From a bacterium (lineage in GTDB: Bacteria; Bacteroidota; Bacteroidia; Bacteroidales; Muribaculaceae), in NCBI GenBank assembly GCA_004563195.1, contig SFTJ01000004.1:531-64530 (forward strand): a DNA stretch of 64,000 nt, written 5' to 3'. Made by a program: the position numbers and the translations under genes. Shown in pieces: positions 1-8,807 of this stretch. Within the stretch, counting starts at the first letter, position 1. Every line of letters starts with the position of its first letter. Below the pieces are notes generated by a model. That model made no database searches. It was not told where the DNA came from and saw nothing but the letters and a program-made list of their open reading frames with translations.

Positions 1-2161
1 ATACGTTATCAAGTCGCTCGACATCATGAAGGATGTGGTGAGCAAACTCAACCTCAATGTGAGCTATTTCTACCACAAATACCTTCGCGATGTGGCTATC
101 TTTAACGAAAGCCCGGTATTGGTAACCCCTGTAAAGGAGGTGACCTCGCCATTCTCTCTCGAAGTGCGTACCACCGGCCCCGGAACTACCGATTTCCGTT
201 TTGCAGGCAGCAAAGACGGTCACTGGAAGCGAACAAAGTTCGGCTCTACCATCAACACCGATTTCGGCCCGATACGATTTGACAAAAACCCCAATAGCGA
301 CGACAGCTACATCAACGAGGTGTTTACCGTGCATGTCACCACCGTCAATAGCCGCGCACGCCAACTCATAGGCGGTCTCAACATCATTAAGGACCAAAAA
401 GATGCCAATGTGTTGCGCCTAACTATGACCACCAACAATGCTCAGCTGTCCACCTCGGCTCTCAATGCGCTTGTGGCAGCCTACAACCAGTTTACTATCG
501 ACGACAAAAACCGCGCCGCTCGCAACACCGAGGCATTTATCGTCGACCGTATCGATGCCTTGTCGAAGGACTTGGGTGGCATCGATTCGCAAATAGAGCA
601 CATTAAGCAAATCAACCGCTACCCCACCATCGAAACCGCTGCTCAGGTCTACACGCAACGCAGCACCACTTCTACCGACCAACTGACAAGCGTGGAAATG
701 GAACTATCGCTCGTGGAGTATGTGAAAAACTATATCAACTCGGCAGGCCCATACGACCTTATCCCCGCCAATGCCGGAATCAACGACCCGAGCATCAACG
801 GATTGATTGAGCGCTACAACACCGCTTGCCTCAACTATCAGCACTTGGCTTCGACCTCGGGCGACCAAAACCCCGCTCTCGTCGACATCAAGAAGCAGGT
901 GACCGCCATGCGTCAGTCGCTCACTCACACCGTGGACAATTACATCAACACGCTGCGAATCAAGAAAAACCAAATGATGGCTTCGGAGCGTAGCGCCAAT
1001 AGCATGATGATGACCGTACCTACTCAGGAAAAAGCCATCAACGACATCACCCGTCAACAGAAAATCAAGGAGCAACTCTACCTATTCCTCCTCAACAAAC
1101 GCGAGGAAAATGCCCTGCAAGTGGCTATCACCGAGCCTAATGCTCGTGTGCTGGAACCCGCCACCGGTGGTTGGCTCATTTCGCCCATCGAGAACAACAT
1201 CATTTTCATGGGCGTAGTTGCCGGATTTGCCATCCCCGCTGTGATTATATTCCTCATCTTCTGGTTCTACTCGCTCGACAACACCATACACAACCGCTAC
1301 GATGTGGAAAACAACTGCGGCATTCCTATCTTGGGCGAAATTCCTAACAAACGCCGCCGCAAAGGCGACGACACCGAAGTGCTCGTTACCGAAACCGGAA
1401 CCGACCGCATATCCGAAGCATTCCGCATCATTCGCGGCAATCTCGACTATGTGTTGCCTAAGTCGACCGACGGTAAGGGCCAGGTGATTCAGTTCACATC
1501 TACCATGCCGGGCGAAGGTAAGAGCTTCAACGCCGCCAACCTTGCACTCACTTGCGCCATCAATGGCAAGAAGGTGCTCGCCATCGACTTCGACCTCCGC
1601 AAGGGTACTTTCTCCAAGTATTTCAATATCGAAGAAGCTACTTTGGGCTTGAGCGCATTCCTTTCGGGCAAGTCGGACAACCCCGACTCGCTTATCGTGC
1701 ACAGCGTGATACACGAAAACCTCGACGTGATGCCTCTCGGCGTGATTCCTCCTAACCCTACAAGCTTGCTTATGCGCGAAACCACCGAACAACTCCTTGA
1801 GTTTGCTCGCCAACACTACGACTATATCGTGCTCGACACCGTGCCCTACTCGCTTGTAGCCGACGCTTCGCTCATCAACCGCTTCGCCGACCTTACAGTA
1901 TATGTAATTCGCGACGGCATGATCGACAAGCACTTCCTCGACGACCTCGAAAAGATGTATCGCAGCAATAAGATAAAGAACCTCTGCATCCTCGTGGGCG
2001 ACGTAAAAGCCGACTCCAAGCGATATGCCTACGGTTATGGATACGGTTACGGCTATGGTTACGGTTATGGATATGGCTATGGCTATGGCTACGGTTATGG
2101 ATATGGCAACGACGAAGAAGAAGAAAAGCGAGGCCTCTTCCGCCGCCGTCGCCGCCGCTGA
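1..2161 (+). CDS. polysaccharide biosynthesis tyrosine autokinase (Wzz/GumC-type chain-length domain fused to BY-kinase); 5' end cut by the window edge
   Basis: The frame is open from nt 2 into the listed ATG at 26, so the gene starts upstream. TM helix IIFMGVVAGFAIPAVIIFLIFWFY. Walker A STMPGEGKS, Walker A' VLAIDFDLRKG, Walker B YDYIVLDTVP. C-terminal Tyr cluster YA(YG)13. Confidence 0.9.
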   Translation, partial: YVIKSLDIMKDVVSKLNLNVSYFYHKYLRDVAIFNESPVLVTPVKEVTSPFSLEVRTTGPGTTDFRFAGSKDGHWKRTKFGSTINTDFGPIRFDKNPNSDDSYINEVFTVHVTTVNSRARQLIGGLNIIKDQKDANVLRLTMTTNNAQLSTSALNALVAAYNQFTIDDKNRAARNTEAFIVDRIDALSKDLGGIDSQIEHIKQINRYPTIETAAQVYTQRSTTSTDQLTSVEMELSLVEYVKNYINSAGPYDLIPANAGINDPSINGLIERYNTACLNYQHLASTSGDQNPALVDIKKQVTAMRQSLTHTVDNYINTLRIKKNQMMASERSANSMMMTVPTQEKAINDITRQQKIKEQLYLFLLNKREENALQVAITEPNARVLEPATGGWLISPIENNIIFMGVVAGFAIPAVIIFLIFWFYSLDNTIHNRYDVENNCGIPILGEIPNKRRRKGDDTEVLVTETGTDRISEAFRIIRGNLDYVLPKSTDGKGQVIQFTSTMPGEGKSFNAANLALTCAINGKKVLAIDFDLRKGTFSKYFNIEEATLGLSAFLSGKSDNPDSLIVHSVIHENLDVMPLGVIPPNPTSLLMRETTEQLLEFARQHYDYIVLDTVPYSLVADASLINRFADLTVYVIRDGMIDKHFLDDLEKMYRSNKIKNLCILVGDVKADSKRYAYGYGYGYGYGYGYGYGYGYGYGYGYGNDEEEEKRGLFRRRRRR

Positions 2162-2193
2162 TTTCTCAGCCAATTATCAAACACATCATACCC

Positions 2194-2227
2194 AAGGCTG
2201 CCCCACCCGGAGCAGCCTTGATTTTTA
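2194..2227 (+). terminator. intrinsic terminator downstream of the BY-kinase gene
   Basis: Perfect 8-bp stem AAGGCTGC (2194-2201) / GCAGCCTT (2212-2219), 10-nt loop, followed by GATTTTTAC. Confidence 0.6.
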
Positions 2228-2230
2228 CAT

Positions 2231-2388
2231 GCACACCACCCAGTGATGCCTACTAACCGCGGCAACGCCGCCCACTAACCGCAACGAAGTTGCCAAATAA
2301 CCGCATCACCACCACGGTGATGCCATTAACCGCGGCAAGGCCGCACACTAACCGCAACGAAGTTGCCTCCTAACCGCGGCGCAGCCGC
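2231..2388 (+). repeat. TAACC-hairpin repeat array, locus 1 (about 7 units)
   Basis: Successive units are TAACC + GCGGC-nnn-GCCGC, TAACC + GCAAC-GAA-GTTGC and TAACC + GCATCACC-ACCAC-GGTGATGC. The same family occurs at 18649-18866 and, inverted, at 56896-57011. Confidence 0.85.
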
Positions 2389-2405
2389 AACACATTTAGC
2401 AGCGA

Positions 2406-2450
2406 TAAAAAAACATGCTGTGCCGAAGGAATACCCCTTCCGGCACAGCA
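2406..2450 (-). terminator. intrinsic terminator of nagB
   Basis: About 14-bp stem TGCTGTGCCGAAGG / CCTTCCGGCACAGCA (one bulge) at 2416-2450. An A7 run at 2406-2413 gives a T-run on the minus strand. Confidence 0.7.
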
Positions 2451-2481
2451 CATATCTATAATGAACAATTAAAACTTGCTA

Positions 2482-3294
2482 TTATTTGAGAAGCGATTCA
2501 GGATCAAGATTATCCTTTTCGATATCCTTGAAGTAGCGATAAGTACCCACCTTCAATTCTTCGGTAGCAGCTTCGTCGGCGATGATGATAGCCTTGCGGT
2601 GCATCTGAAGTGCGCTGATAGTCCACATTTGTGTTACAGCACCTTCCACGCCTGCTTGAAGTGCGCGAGCCTTGTTATGGCCGTTGCAGATAATCATCAC
2701 GCTCTTAGCGTTCATCACTGTACCCACACCCACTGTAAGTGCAGTCTTAGGCACCTTGTTAACGTCGTTGTCGAAGAAACGAGAGTTAGCGATGATAGTA
2801 TCGGTGGTCAATGATTTCTGGCGAGTGAGCGAAGTGAGCGACGAACCCGGTTCGTTGAATGCGATGTGGCCATCAGGACCAATACCGCCCATAAACAAAT
2901 CGATACCACCCACAGCAGCGATGCGAGCTTCGTAGTTCGCACATTCTGCTTCGAGGTCTTCAGCATTACCATTGAGGATATTCACATTTTCCTTCTTGAT
3001 GTCAATGTGGCTAAAGAAGTTGTTCCACATGAATGAATGGTAGCTTTCGGGGTGCTCTTCCGGCAAGTTGCAGTATTCATCCATATTGAATGTGATAACA
3101 TTGGCAAACGACACCTTTCCTGCCTTGTTCAACTCAATAAGTTTTCTATACATACCAAGTGGTGAGCTACCTGTGGGGCAGCCGAGAACGAAAGGTTTTT
3201 CCGGTGTTGGGTTAGCCGCATTGATGCGCGATGCTACATAGTAAGCAGCCCATTCCGATACGCGGGCATAGTCAGGTTGAATGATTAATCTCAT
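2482..3294 (-). CDS. nagB: glucosamine-6-phosphate deaminase
   Basis: 270 aa. MRLIIQPDY..., [12 protein letters not shown] and FNMDEY are typical of NagB. Confidence 0.93.
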   Translation of the reverse strand: MRLIIQPDYARVSEWAAYYVASRINAANPTPEKPFVLGCPTGSSPLGMYRKLIELNKAGKVSFANVITFNMDEYCNLPEEHPESYHSFMWNNFFSHIDIKKENVNILNGNAEDLEAECANYEARIAAVGGIDLFMGGIGPDGHIAFNEPGSSLTSLTRQKSLTTDTIIANSRFFDNDVNKVPKTALTVGVGTVMNAKSVMIICNGHNKARALQAGVEGAVTQMWTISALQMHRKAIIIADEAATEELKVGTYRYFKDIEKDNLDPESLLK

Positions 3295-3424
3295 AATTTA
3301 TTTTTTGTTTTTAGGTTTTATTTTGTTGCTCTTTTATCGAGTGTTTCTGTCTATACAAAGGTAATCAATTTATGCGCAAAAAAATAGCTTTATGTCAATT
3401 TTATTTTTTTATCGCGCATCTTGG

Positions 3425-5821
3425 TCAGCGACGGCGTTGCTTAGCCTGCTTTTTCCCTCCGTTTTTCTTACCTCGTGCTGACGAACTGCGTTGCGTGGTG
3501 CTGCTGCTCTTCTTGCGACGGCGGTCTTTTTCCGGGCTCTGGTCGTGGCGCTTCTTTGCCTTGTCGGCTGCCTGCTGTATCTTCGATGCCGACATCAATA
3601 TCGGCGCCTTGTCGATGCGATGAGTGCCTACGGGATGTTCTTCGTCGATTAGGGCAAAGTCGAGCAACTTATTGGGCAGGTCGGCGCGGGCTATCTGCAC
3701 GGTCACCTTGTCACCGAGCGTATAGCGGCGGTTGCGGCGGCGGCCCAGCAAGCAATAGTTCTTCTCATCGAGTTCGTAGTAGTCATCGGCAAGGTCGCGT
3801 ATCGGCACCAGTCCTTCGCACTTGTTCTCATCGAGTTCCACATACAAGCCCCACTCGGTTACGCCCGATATTTTGCCGGCAAACACTTCGCCGAGGCGTT
3901 CGCCCAGATATTCCACTTGCTTATATTTTATCGAGGCTCGCTCGGCATTGGCTGCCAACTGCTCCATTGCGCTCGAGTGCTTACATTCTTCTTCGAGTTT
4001 GTCGGCATTCACGCTTCGGCCTCCGGCAAGATAGCGGTCGAGCAATCGGTGCACCATCATATCGGGATAGCGGCGTATAGGCGATGTGAAGTGGGTGTAG
4101 TACTCGAACGCCAATCCGTAGTGACCCACATTGACGGTGCTATACACTGCCTTTGCCATCGAGCGGATGGCAAGTGTGGCTATCAGCTCTTCCTCGGGAC
4201 GGCCCTTGATGTCGCTAAGCAGCTTATTGAGCGAACGATTCACCTCGTACATCGAACCCGTAATCTTGAGTTTGTGTCCGAATCGCATAGCTATGTCGGC
4301 AAGGTTCTTCATCTTCTCGGGGTCGGGCGATTCGTGCACGCGATAAACAAATGCCTTGGGCGAACGCTTCTTGGGCACTATGCCTATGGCTTCTGCCACC
4401 TTACGGTTGGCAAGCAGCATAAACTCTTCCACCAATTTGTTGGCATCCTTCGATTCCTTGAAGTACACATCGATGGGGCGGCCGCTTGGGTCGATATCGA
4501 ATCGCACTTCCGAACGGTTAAATTCCACCGAACCCTGTTCGAATCGGGCGGCACGGAGTTTCTTGGCGAGTCGGTCGAGCGTGAGCACTTCTTCCTTGAA
4601 GTCGCCCTCGCCGGTTTCTATTATCTTCTGCGCTTCTTCGTAGGTGAAGCGGCGATTGCTCTTTATCACAGCCTTGGTGATGTCGCACTTCAGCACCTCG
4701 GCATCGTCGTTCATCTCCACTATCACCGAGTAGGTGAGCTTCTCCTCATCGGGGCGAAGCGAGCAGATGAAGTTGCACAAGCGCTCGGGCAACATAGGTA
4801 TGGTGCGGTCCACCAGATAGACCGAAGTGGCGCGATTCTCAGCCTCGGTCTCGATTATGGAGTTGGGGCGCACATAGTGAGTAACGTCGGCAATGTGTAT
4901 GCCCACGCGCCACAAGCCATCACCTATGCGCTCCAGCGAGAGGGCATCGTCGAAGTCCTTGGCATCGTGGGGGTCGATGGTAAATGTCACCGCTTCGCGC
5001 ATATCGCGGCGCTTGGCTATCTCCTCGGCTGTAATGCCGGGTTCTATCTTTTCGGCAGCCTCTTCCACCTCTTTGGGATAGACGTAGGGCAATCCGAATT
5101 CAGCCAAGATGGCATGCATCTCCGAGTTGTTGTCGCCTGCCACGCCCAGTATGTCCACCACTTTGCCCATAGGGCTATTGGCGCTTTCGGGCCAGTCCAC
5201 TATCTTCACCACGGCTTTGTCGCCGGTCTTGCCGTCCTTGAGCAGTTCCTTAGGAATAAATATGTCGGTAGCCAGGAATTTACTGTCGGTGATAAGCAAT
5301 CCGTAATAGTCCTCCACCTTGAGGGTGCCTATAAACACCTGCTCCTTGGCCTCGAGTATCTCGAGCACCTCTGCCTCGGCTTCGCAGTTGGGGCGCTTGG
5401 CGCAAATGTGTATCTTCACCTTGTCGCCGTTGAGCGCGTGCTTGGAGTTGCGTTCGGCCACAAATATCACCTCGCCGCCACCCGAGTCGAGCACCACGCC
5501 GTTTTTACCGTTGCTACGACGCACAAATGTGCCGGTGCACACCACATTGCGGTCGGCAAGCTTAAACTTGCCGGGGGTGGTCTCCTTGAGCACGCCTTCA
5601 AGGGCGAGTTCCTCTATTATCTGCACCACCAGGGCGCGTGTCAACGGACTGTCGGCGCCTATTGCCGCCGATATCTGCTTATAATTGTAGGGGATGGTCT
5701 TCTCATTATTGAAGAATTCTATCACTTTGCTCTCCATTGCCGATTTCTCGAGCAGCAGGTCTAATTTCTTGTCTACTTCCATATTTTTCCTCTTTAAGTT
5801 TACTGCAAGGTTGCCCCTCAC
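3425..5821 (-). CDS. rnr: ribonuclease R (3'-5' exoribonuclease, RNB + S1 domains, basic C-terminal tail)
   Basis: 798 aa. RNB-type motifs TFTIDPHDAKDFDDALS and HFTSPIRRYPD, an S1-like region FAGKISGVTEWGLYVEL, and a Lys/Arg-rich tail. An alternative start is Met14 at 5782. Confidence 0.92.
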   Translation of the reverse strand: MRGNLAVNLKRKNMEVDKKLDLLLEKSAMESKVIEFFNNEKTIPYNYKQISAAIGADSPLTRALVVQIIEELALEGVLKETTPGKFKLADRNVVCTGTFVRRSNGKNGVVLDSGGGEVIFVAERNSKHALNGDKVKIHICAKRPNCEAEAEVLEILEAKEQVFIGTLKVEDYYGLLITDSKFLATDIFIPKELLKDGKTGDKAVVKIVDWPESANSPMGKVVDILGVAGDNNSEMHAILAEFGLPYVYPKEVEEAAEKIEPGITAEEIAKRRDMREAVTFTIDPHDAKDFDDALSLERIGDGLWRVGIHIADVTHYVRPNSIIETEAENRATSVYLVDRTIPMLPERLCNFICSLRPDEEKLTYSVIVEMNDDAEVLKCDITKAVIKSNRRFTYEEAQKIIETGEGDFKEEVLTLDRLAKKLRAARFEQGSVEFNRSEVRFDIDPSGRPIDVYFKESKDANKLVEEFMLLANRKVAEAIGIVPKKRSPKAFVYRVHESPDPEKMKNLADIAMRFGHKLKITGSMYEVNRSLNKLLSDIKGRPEEELIATLAIRSMAKAVYSTVNVGHYGLAFEYYTHFTSPIRRYPDMMVHRLLDRYLAGGRSVNADKLEEECKHSSAMEQLAANAERASIKYKQVEYLGERLGEVFAGKISGVTEWGLYVELDENKCEGLVPIRDLADDYYELDEKNYCLLGRRRNRRYTLGDKVTVQIARADLPNKLLDFALIDEEHPVGTHRIDKAPILMSASKIQQAADKAKKRHDQSPEKDRRRKKSSSTTQRSSSARGKKNGGKKQAKQRRR

Positions 5822-6065
5822 TTATGCTTATCACAAATTTAATATCTAAAGTTCAATTATTCTACTATTTTTTGTGTTTTGATAGTTTTTTTGGAATAAT
5901 TAATCATACTATCACCCACATTACTTGCACGCCGCGCTTATTCTGCCGGCTGCAAAGGTGCCACTCTCCTGCGGTCGGCAACCCTAAGCACGCATTTATG
6001 CGCACAAAAAAAAGCTGCTCTCCTATCCAGGAAAACAGCTCCAAACTCTTAGTTGTTGTTGTATC

Positions 6066-6254
6066 TTACTTAACTTCAGCAGCTACAGTGTCAGCAGCAG
6101 CAGTGTCAGCAGCAGCAGAATCAACTGCTTCAACAGCTTCAACAGCAGCAGTGTCAGCAGCTACAGAATCAGTAGCTTCAGCCTTTTCTGCGTTACCGCA
6201 AGAGAACAAAGATGCGCTGAATACAACAGCAAGTAATAAAACTAACTTTTTCAT
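6066..6254 (-). CDS. small secreted lipoprotein, Ala/Asp/Thr/Val-rich and repetitive
   Basis: 62 aa. Signal peptide with lipobox LFSCG; the mature part is low-complexity (AADTAAVEAVEAVDSAAADTAAADTVAAE). A TAAATTTG -7 box lies upstream. Confidence 0.55.
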   Translation of the reverse strand: MKKLVLLLAVVFSASLFSCGNAEKAEATDSVAADTAAVEAVEAVDSAAADTAAADTVAAEVK

Positions 6255-6307
6255 TTTCGTAAAAAATTAAAATAATAAAACAATATTGTTATGCTTCAAA
6301 AACGATG

Positions 6308-6315
6308 CAAATTTA
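6308..6315 (-). promoter_or_regulatory. candidate Bacteroidetes -7 promoter box (TAAATTTG) for the small lipoprotein gene
   Basis: Minus-strand TAAATTTG matches TAnnTTTG about 50 nt upstream of the ATG at 6254. No clean -33 TTTG. Confidence 0.3.
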
Positions 6316-6480
6316 TAACAAATTTTTCATCTACAAGCATTTTTCTCAGTTTTTTTTACATTCTTTCTGAAATTTTTTTCGCCACCCCACGAATCATTCA
6401 CCTAAAATACACTATAACACACTGATAATCACCCCAAAAGCAAAGAATTACACCTATTGTTAATAAATGTTATAACGATT

Positions 6481-6530
6481 ACGACCGAGCAACAAATATG
6501 GGTTTTGCTGCTCGGTCGTCAATATTTTTT
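6481..6530. terminator. strong hairpin downstream of the acyl-CoA ligase gene
   Basis: 13-bp stem ACGACCGAGCAAC / GCTGCTCGGTCGT (one mismatch) at 6481-6519. The T6 run at 6525-6530 is on the plus side, so orientation is ambiguous. Confidence 0.45.
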
Positions 6531-6550
6531 CGCGTGATGAATGATAATTA

Positions 6551-8206
6551 TCACTTATATAGGAAGCGCTTGATACTGCGTTTCGGGGTCTTTTCGAACT
6601 CGCATGGCTGTATCTCTATCTTCGATATTTGCTCATAAGGTGCCACTATCTTGTTCACTTCCTTGCGTATTTGTTCCATAATCTCAGGAAGTTGGTCGCG
6701 TGTGGTGCCGAGGTTGTCCATCACCTCCATATCGGGATATACGAGCGCCACAAACTTGCTGTCGCGTTCCACCACAAGGCTTTCGCTCACATACACCATA
6801 TTATTCAATTTTGCCTCTATCTCTTCGGGATATACGTTCTGGCCGTTGGCGCTCAGGAGCATGGTCTTGCAGCGGCCTTTTATAAACAATGTGCCATCGG
6901 GATTGAGCGTACCCATATCGCCGGTGTGCAGCCAACCATCGTCGTAGAGCACCTTATCGGTGGCTTCGGTGTTCTTGAAGTAGCCCTTCATCACATTGGT
7001 GCCGCGCACGCATATCTCGCCGGGGATATTTTCGGGGTCGTCGCTCAAAATCTTACATTCCATCAAGCCGGGCAACACGCGACCTGCCGAATGGGGCACA
7101 AATTCGCGCCACGGTGTGTGACTGATGAGCGGTGCGCACTCGGTCATGCCATAACCCACGGTAAACGGGAAGTTTATCTTCATCAAGAAGTCTTCTACCT
7201 CGGGATTGAGCGGCGCTCCGCCTATAATAAGTTCTTCGAACTCGCCACCGAAGGCATCGATGAGTTTTTTGCGTATTTGGTCGTAAATCTTGGTATCGAG
7301 GAACGGAATATTGAGCGCCCAGCGCATCATTCCCTTGCTGATGAGTGGCACTATCTGCTTGCGATATACTTTCTCGAGCACCAGTGGCACCGACACCACG
7401 AGGTGGGGCTTCACTTCTTGCATTGCCTTTACCAATATCTTGGGCGATGGTATGCGGCCGAGCAGATTGACGTGTGTGCCCACACAAAGTGGCACCAAAA
7501 GGTCGAAAGCACAACCATAGGCATGTGCCAATGGCAAGAACGACAGGTTGCTGGTGCCGCGATAGTGCAATCGCGATGCTATACCATACACGGCATTGCC
7601 GGTGATATTGGCGCAGGTAATCATTACGCCCTTGCTATAGCCGGTGGTGCCCGACGTGTAGTTGAGTATCACCACGCTATCGTCGTCGACATGGTCGTAT
7701 TTGATGTCTTCTTTGGTAAATCCTGCAGGATAGGCTTTCTTGAACAAAGCGTCGGCTGATGCCATCACTTGGCTAACCTTTTCACCTTCCTTCTCCGCAA
7801 AAACTTCGTCGGAATCAATCGATATCACTGCTCTGATATTGAGCAACGCATCAAATTCGATTGTATCCCAAATAGCTTTAGTGGCAAACAATATCTTCGC
7901 CTCAGAGTGATTTACTATGTGTTGCACATCGAGGGGGTTAAATTCTTGCAGAATGGGCACTATGGTGGCACCGTAGGTTATGGTTGAGATAAACACGGTT
8001 ACCCAATTGCTCGTGTTCTTGCCTATCAGTGCTATTTTGTCGCCTTTCTCTATGCCAAGTTCTCTAAACACCTCATGCATTCGGGCTATGCGTTCTGCAA
8101 ACTCGAAGTATGTAATCGTGTTGTTCCGACCATAATCGGTCAATGCCGGCAATTCGGCATTCTCAACAAACGATCTCTGATAGATGTCAATTATATTTTC
8201 CTTCAT
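6551..8206 (-). CDS. AMP-dependent synthetase/ligase (long-chain fatty acid-CoA ligase-like)
   Basis: 551 aa. AMP-binding motif YTSGTTGYSKGV, plus GYGMTE and TGDMG. Confidence 0.85.
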   Translation of the reverse strand: MKENIIDIYQRSFVENAELPALTDYGRNNTITYFEFAERIARMHEVFRELGIEKGDKIALIGKNTSNWVTVFISTITYGATIVPILQEFNPLDVQHIVNHSEAKILFATKAIWDTIEFDALLNIRAVISIDSDEVFAEKEGEKVSQVMASADALFKKAYPAGFTKEDIKYDHVDDDSVVILNYTSGTTGYSKGVMITCANITGNAVYGIASRLHYRGTSNLSFLPLAHAYGCAFDLLVPLCVGTHVNLLGRIPSPKILVKAMQEVKPHLVVSVPLVLEKVYRKQIVPLISKGMMRWALNIPFLDTKIYDQIRKKLIDAFGGEFEELIIGGAPLNPEVEDFLMKINFPFTVGYGMTECAPLISHTPWREFVPHSAGRVLPGLMECKILSDDPENIPGEICVRGTNVMKGYFKNTEATDKVLYDDGWLHTGDMGTLNPDGTLFIKGRCKTMLLSANGQNVYPEEIEAKLNNMVYVSESLVVERDSKFVALVYPDMEVMDNLGTTRDQLPEIMEQIRKEVNKIVAPYEQISKIEIQPCEFEKTPKRSIKRFLYK

Positions 8207-8411
8207 TATGGTATGGAGTATATAGATTAATATTTTTCTTTCAGCTTATTATTTACTCTCGGTGTTGCCATTATTCCTTGCGCCACACTGTATTCAGTCA
8301 TTTGGCGCTCAATGCAATTCTGTATTTTTGCAAAGATAAGCATTTTACCTCTACTCTATTGCACATTTTCGGCTTTTTTATGCATTTTTTATTTCCCGAC
8401 ATGGGTGGCGG

Positions 8412-8762
8412 CTATGCGTTGCCCTCGCCTCGGCGACCGAGAAGTTCAAGCACATCTACGTATACCTCTGTCACATAGCGTTTTATCTGATTGCGGTCCT
8501 CCCACATGCGTGTGCGGAGTTTGCCCTCTATATATAATTGTGTGCCCTTCTTCACATAGCGCTCCACTATCTCGGCATTACGGCCCCACGCCACTATATT
8601 GTGCCACTCGGTGCGCTCGGGCACTTGCACGCCGTTGGCATTGGTGTAGGCGCGCTCGGTGGTTGCGAGGGAAAACTGCGCCACCGCCTGTCCTTGCTGC
8701 GGATAGCGCACTTCGGGGTCCTTACCCACATTTCCTAATAATATCACCTTGTTTACTGCCAT
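8412..8762 (-). CDS. ssb: single-stranded DNA-binding protein, short form without an acidic C-terminal tip
   Basis: 116 aa OB fold. MAVNKVILLGNVGKDPEVRY..., TEWHNIVAWG and LYIEGKLRTR are SSB-like. It ends in ...GRRGEGNA. Confidence 0.85.
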   Translation of the reverse strand: MAVNKVILLGNVGKDPEVRYPQQGQAVAQFSLATTERAYTNANGVQVPERTEWHNIVAWGRNAEIVERYVKKGTQLYIEGKLRTRMWEDRNQIKRYVTEVYVDVLELLGRRGEGNA

Positions 8763-8807
8763 ATCTCTGAGATTTTTCGCAATTAATTATTATCGTGTAT
8801 GCTCTTG

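Noticed and set aside
2416-2450. SRP-RNA-like GGAAGG/CCGAAGG hairpin
   Set aside because: It is a simple 14-bp stem with a 6-nt loop and a flanking T-run. It has no SRP domain IV internal loops and is an ordinary nagB terminator.
3917-5764. 615-aa plus-strand ORF
   Set aside because: It is entirely antisense to the well-supported RNase R gene. The sequence is His/Gly/Val/Ala-rich and low-complexity, with no recognisable motif. It is the typical stop-free mirror frame of a GC-biased gene.
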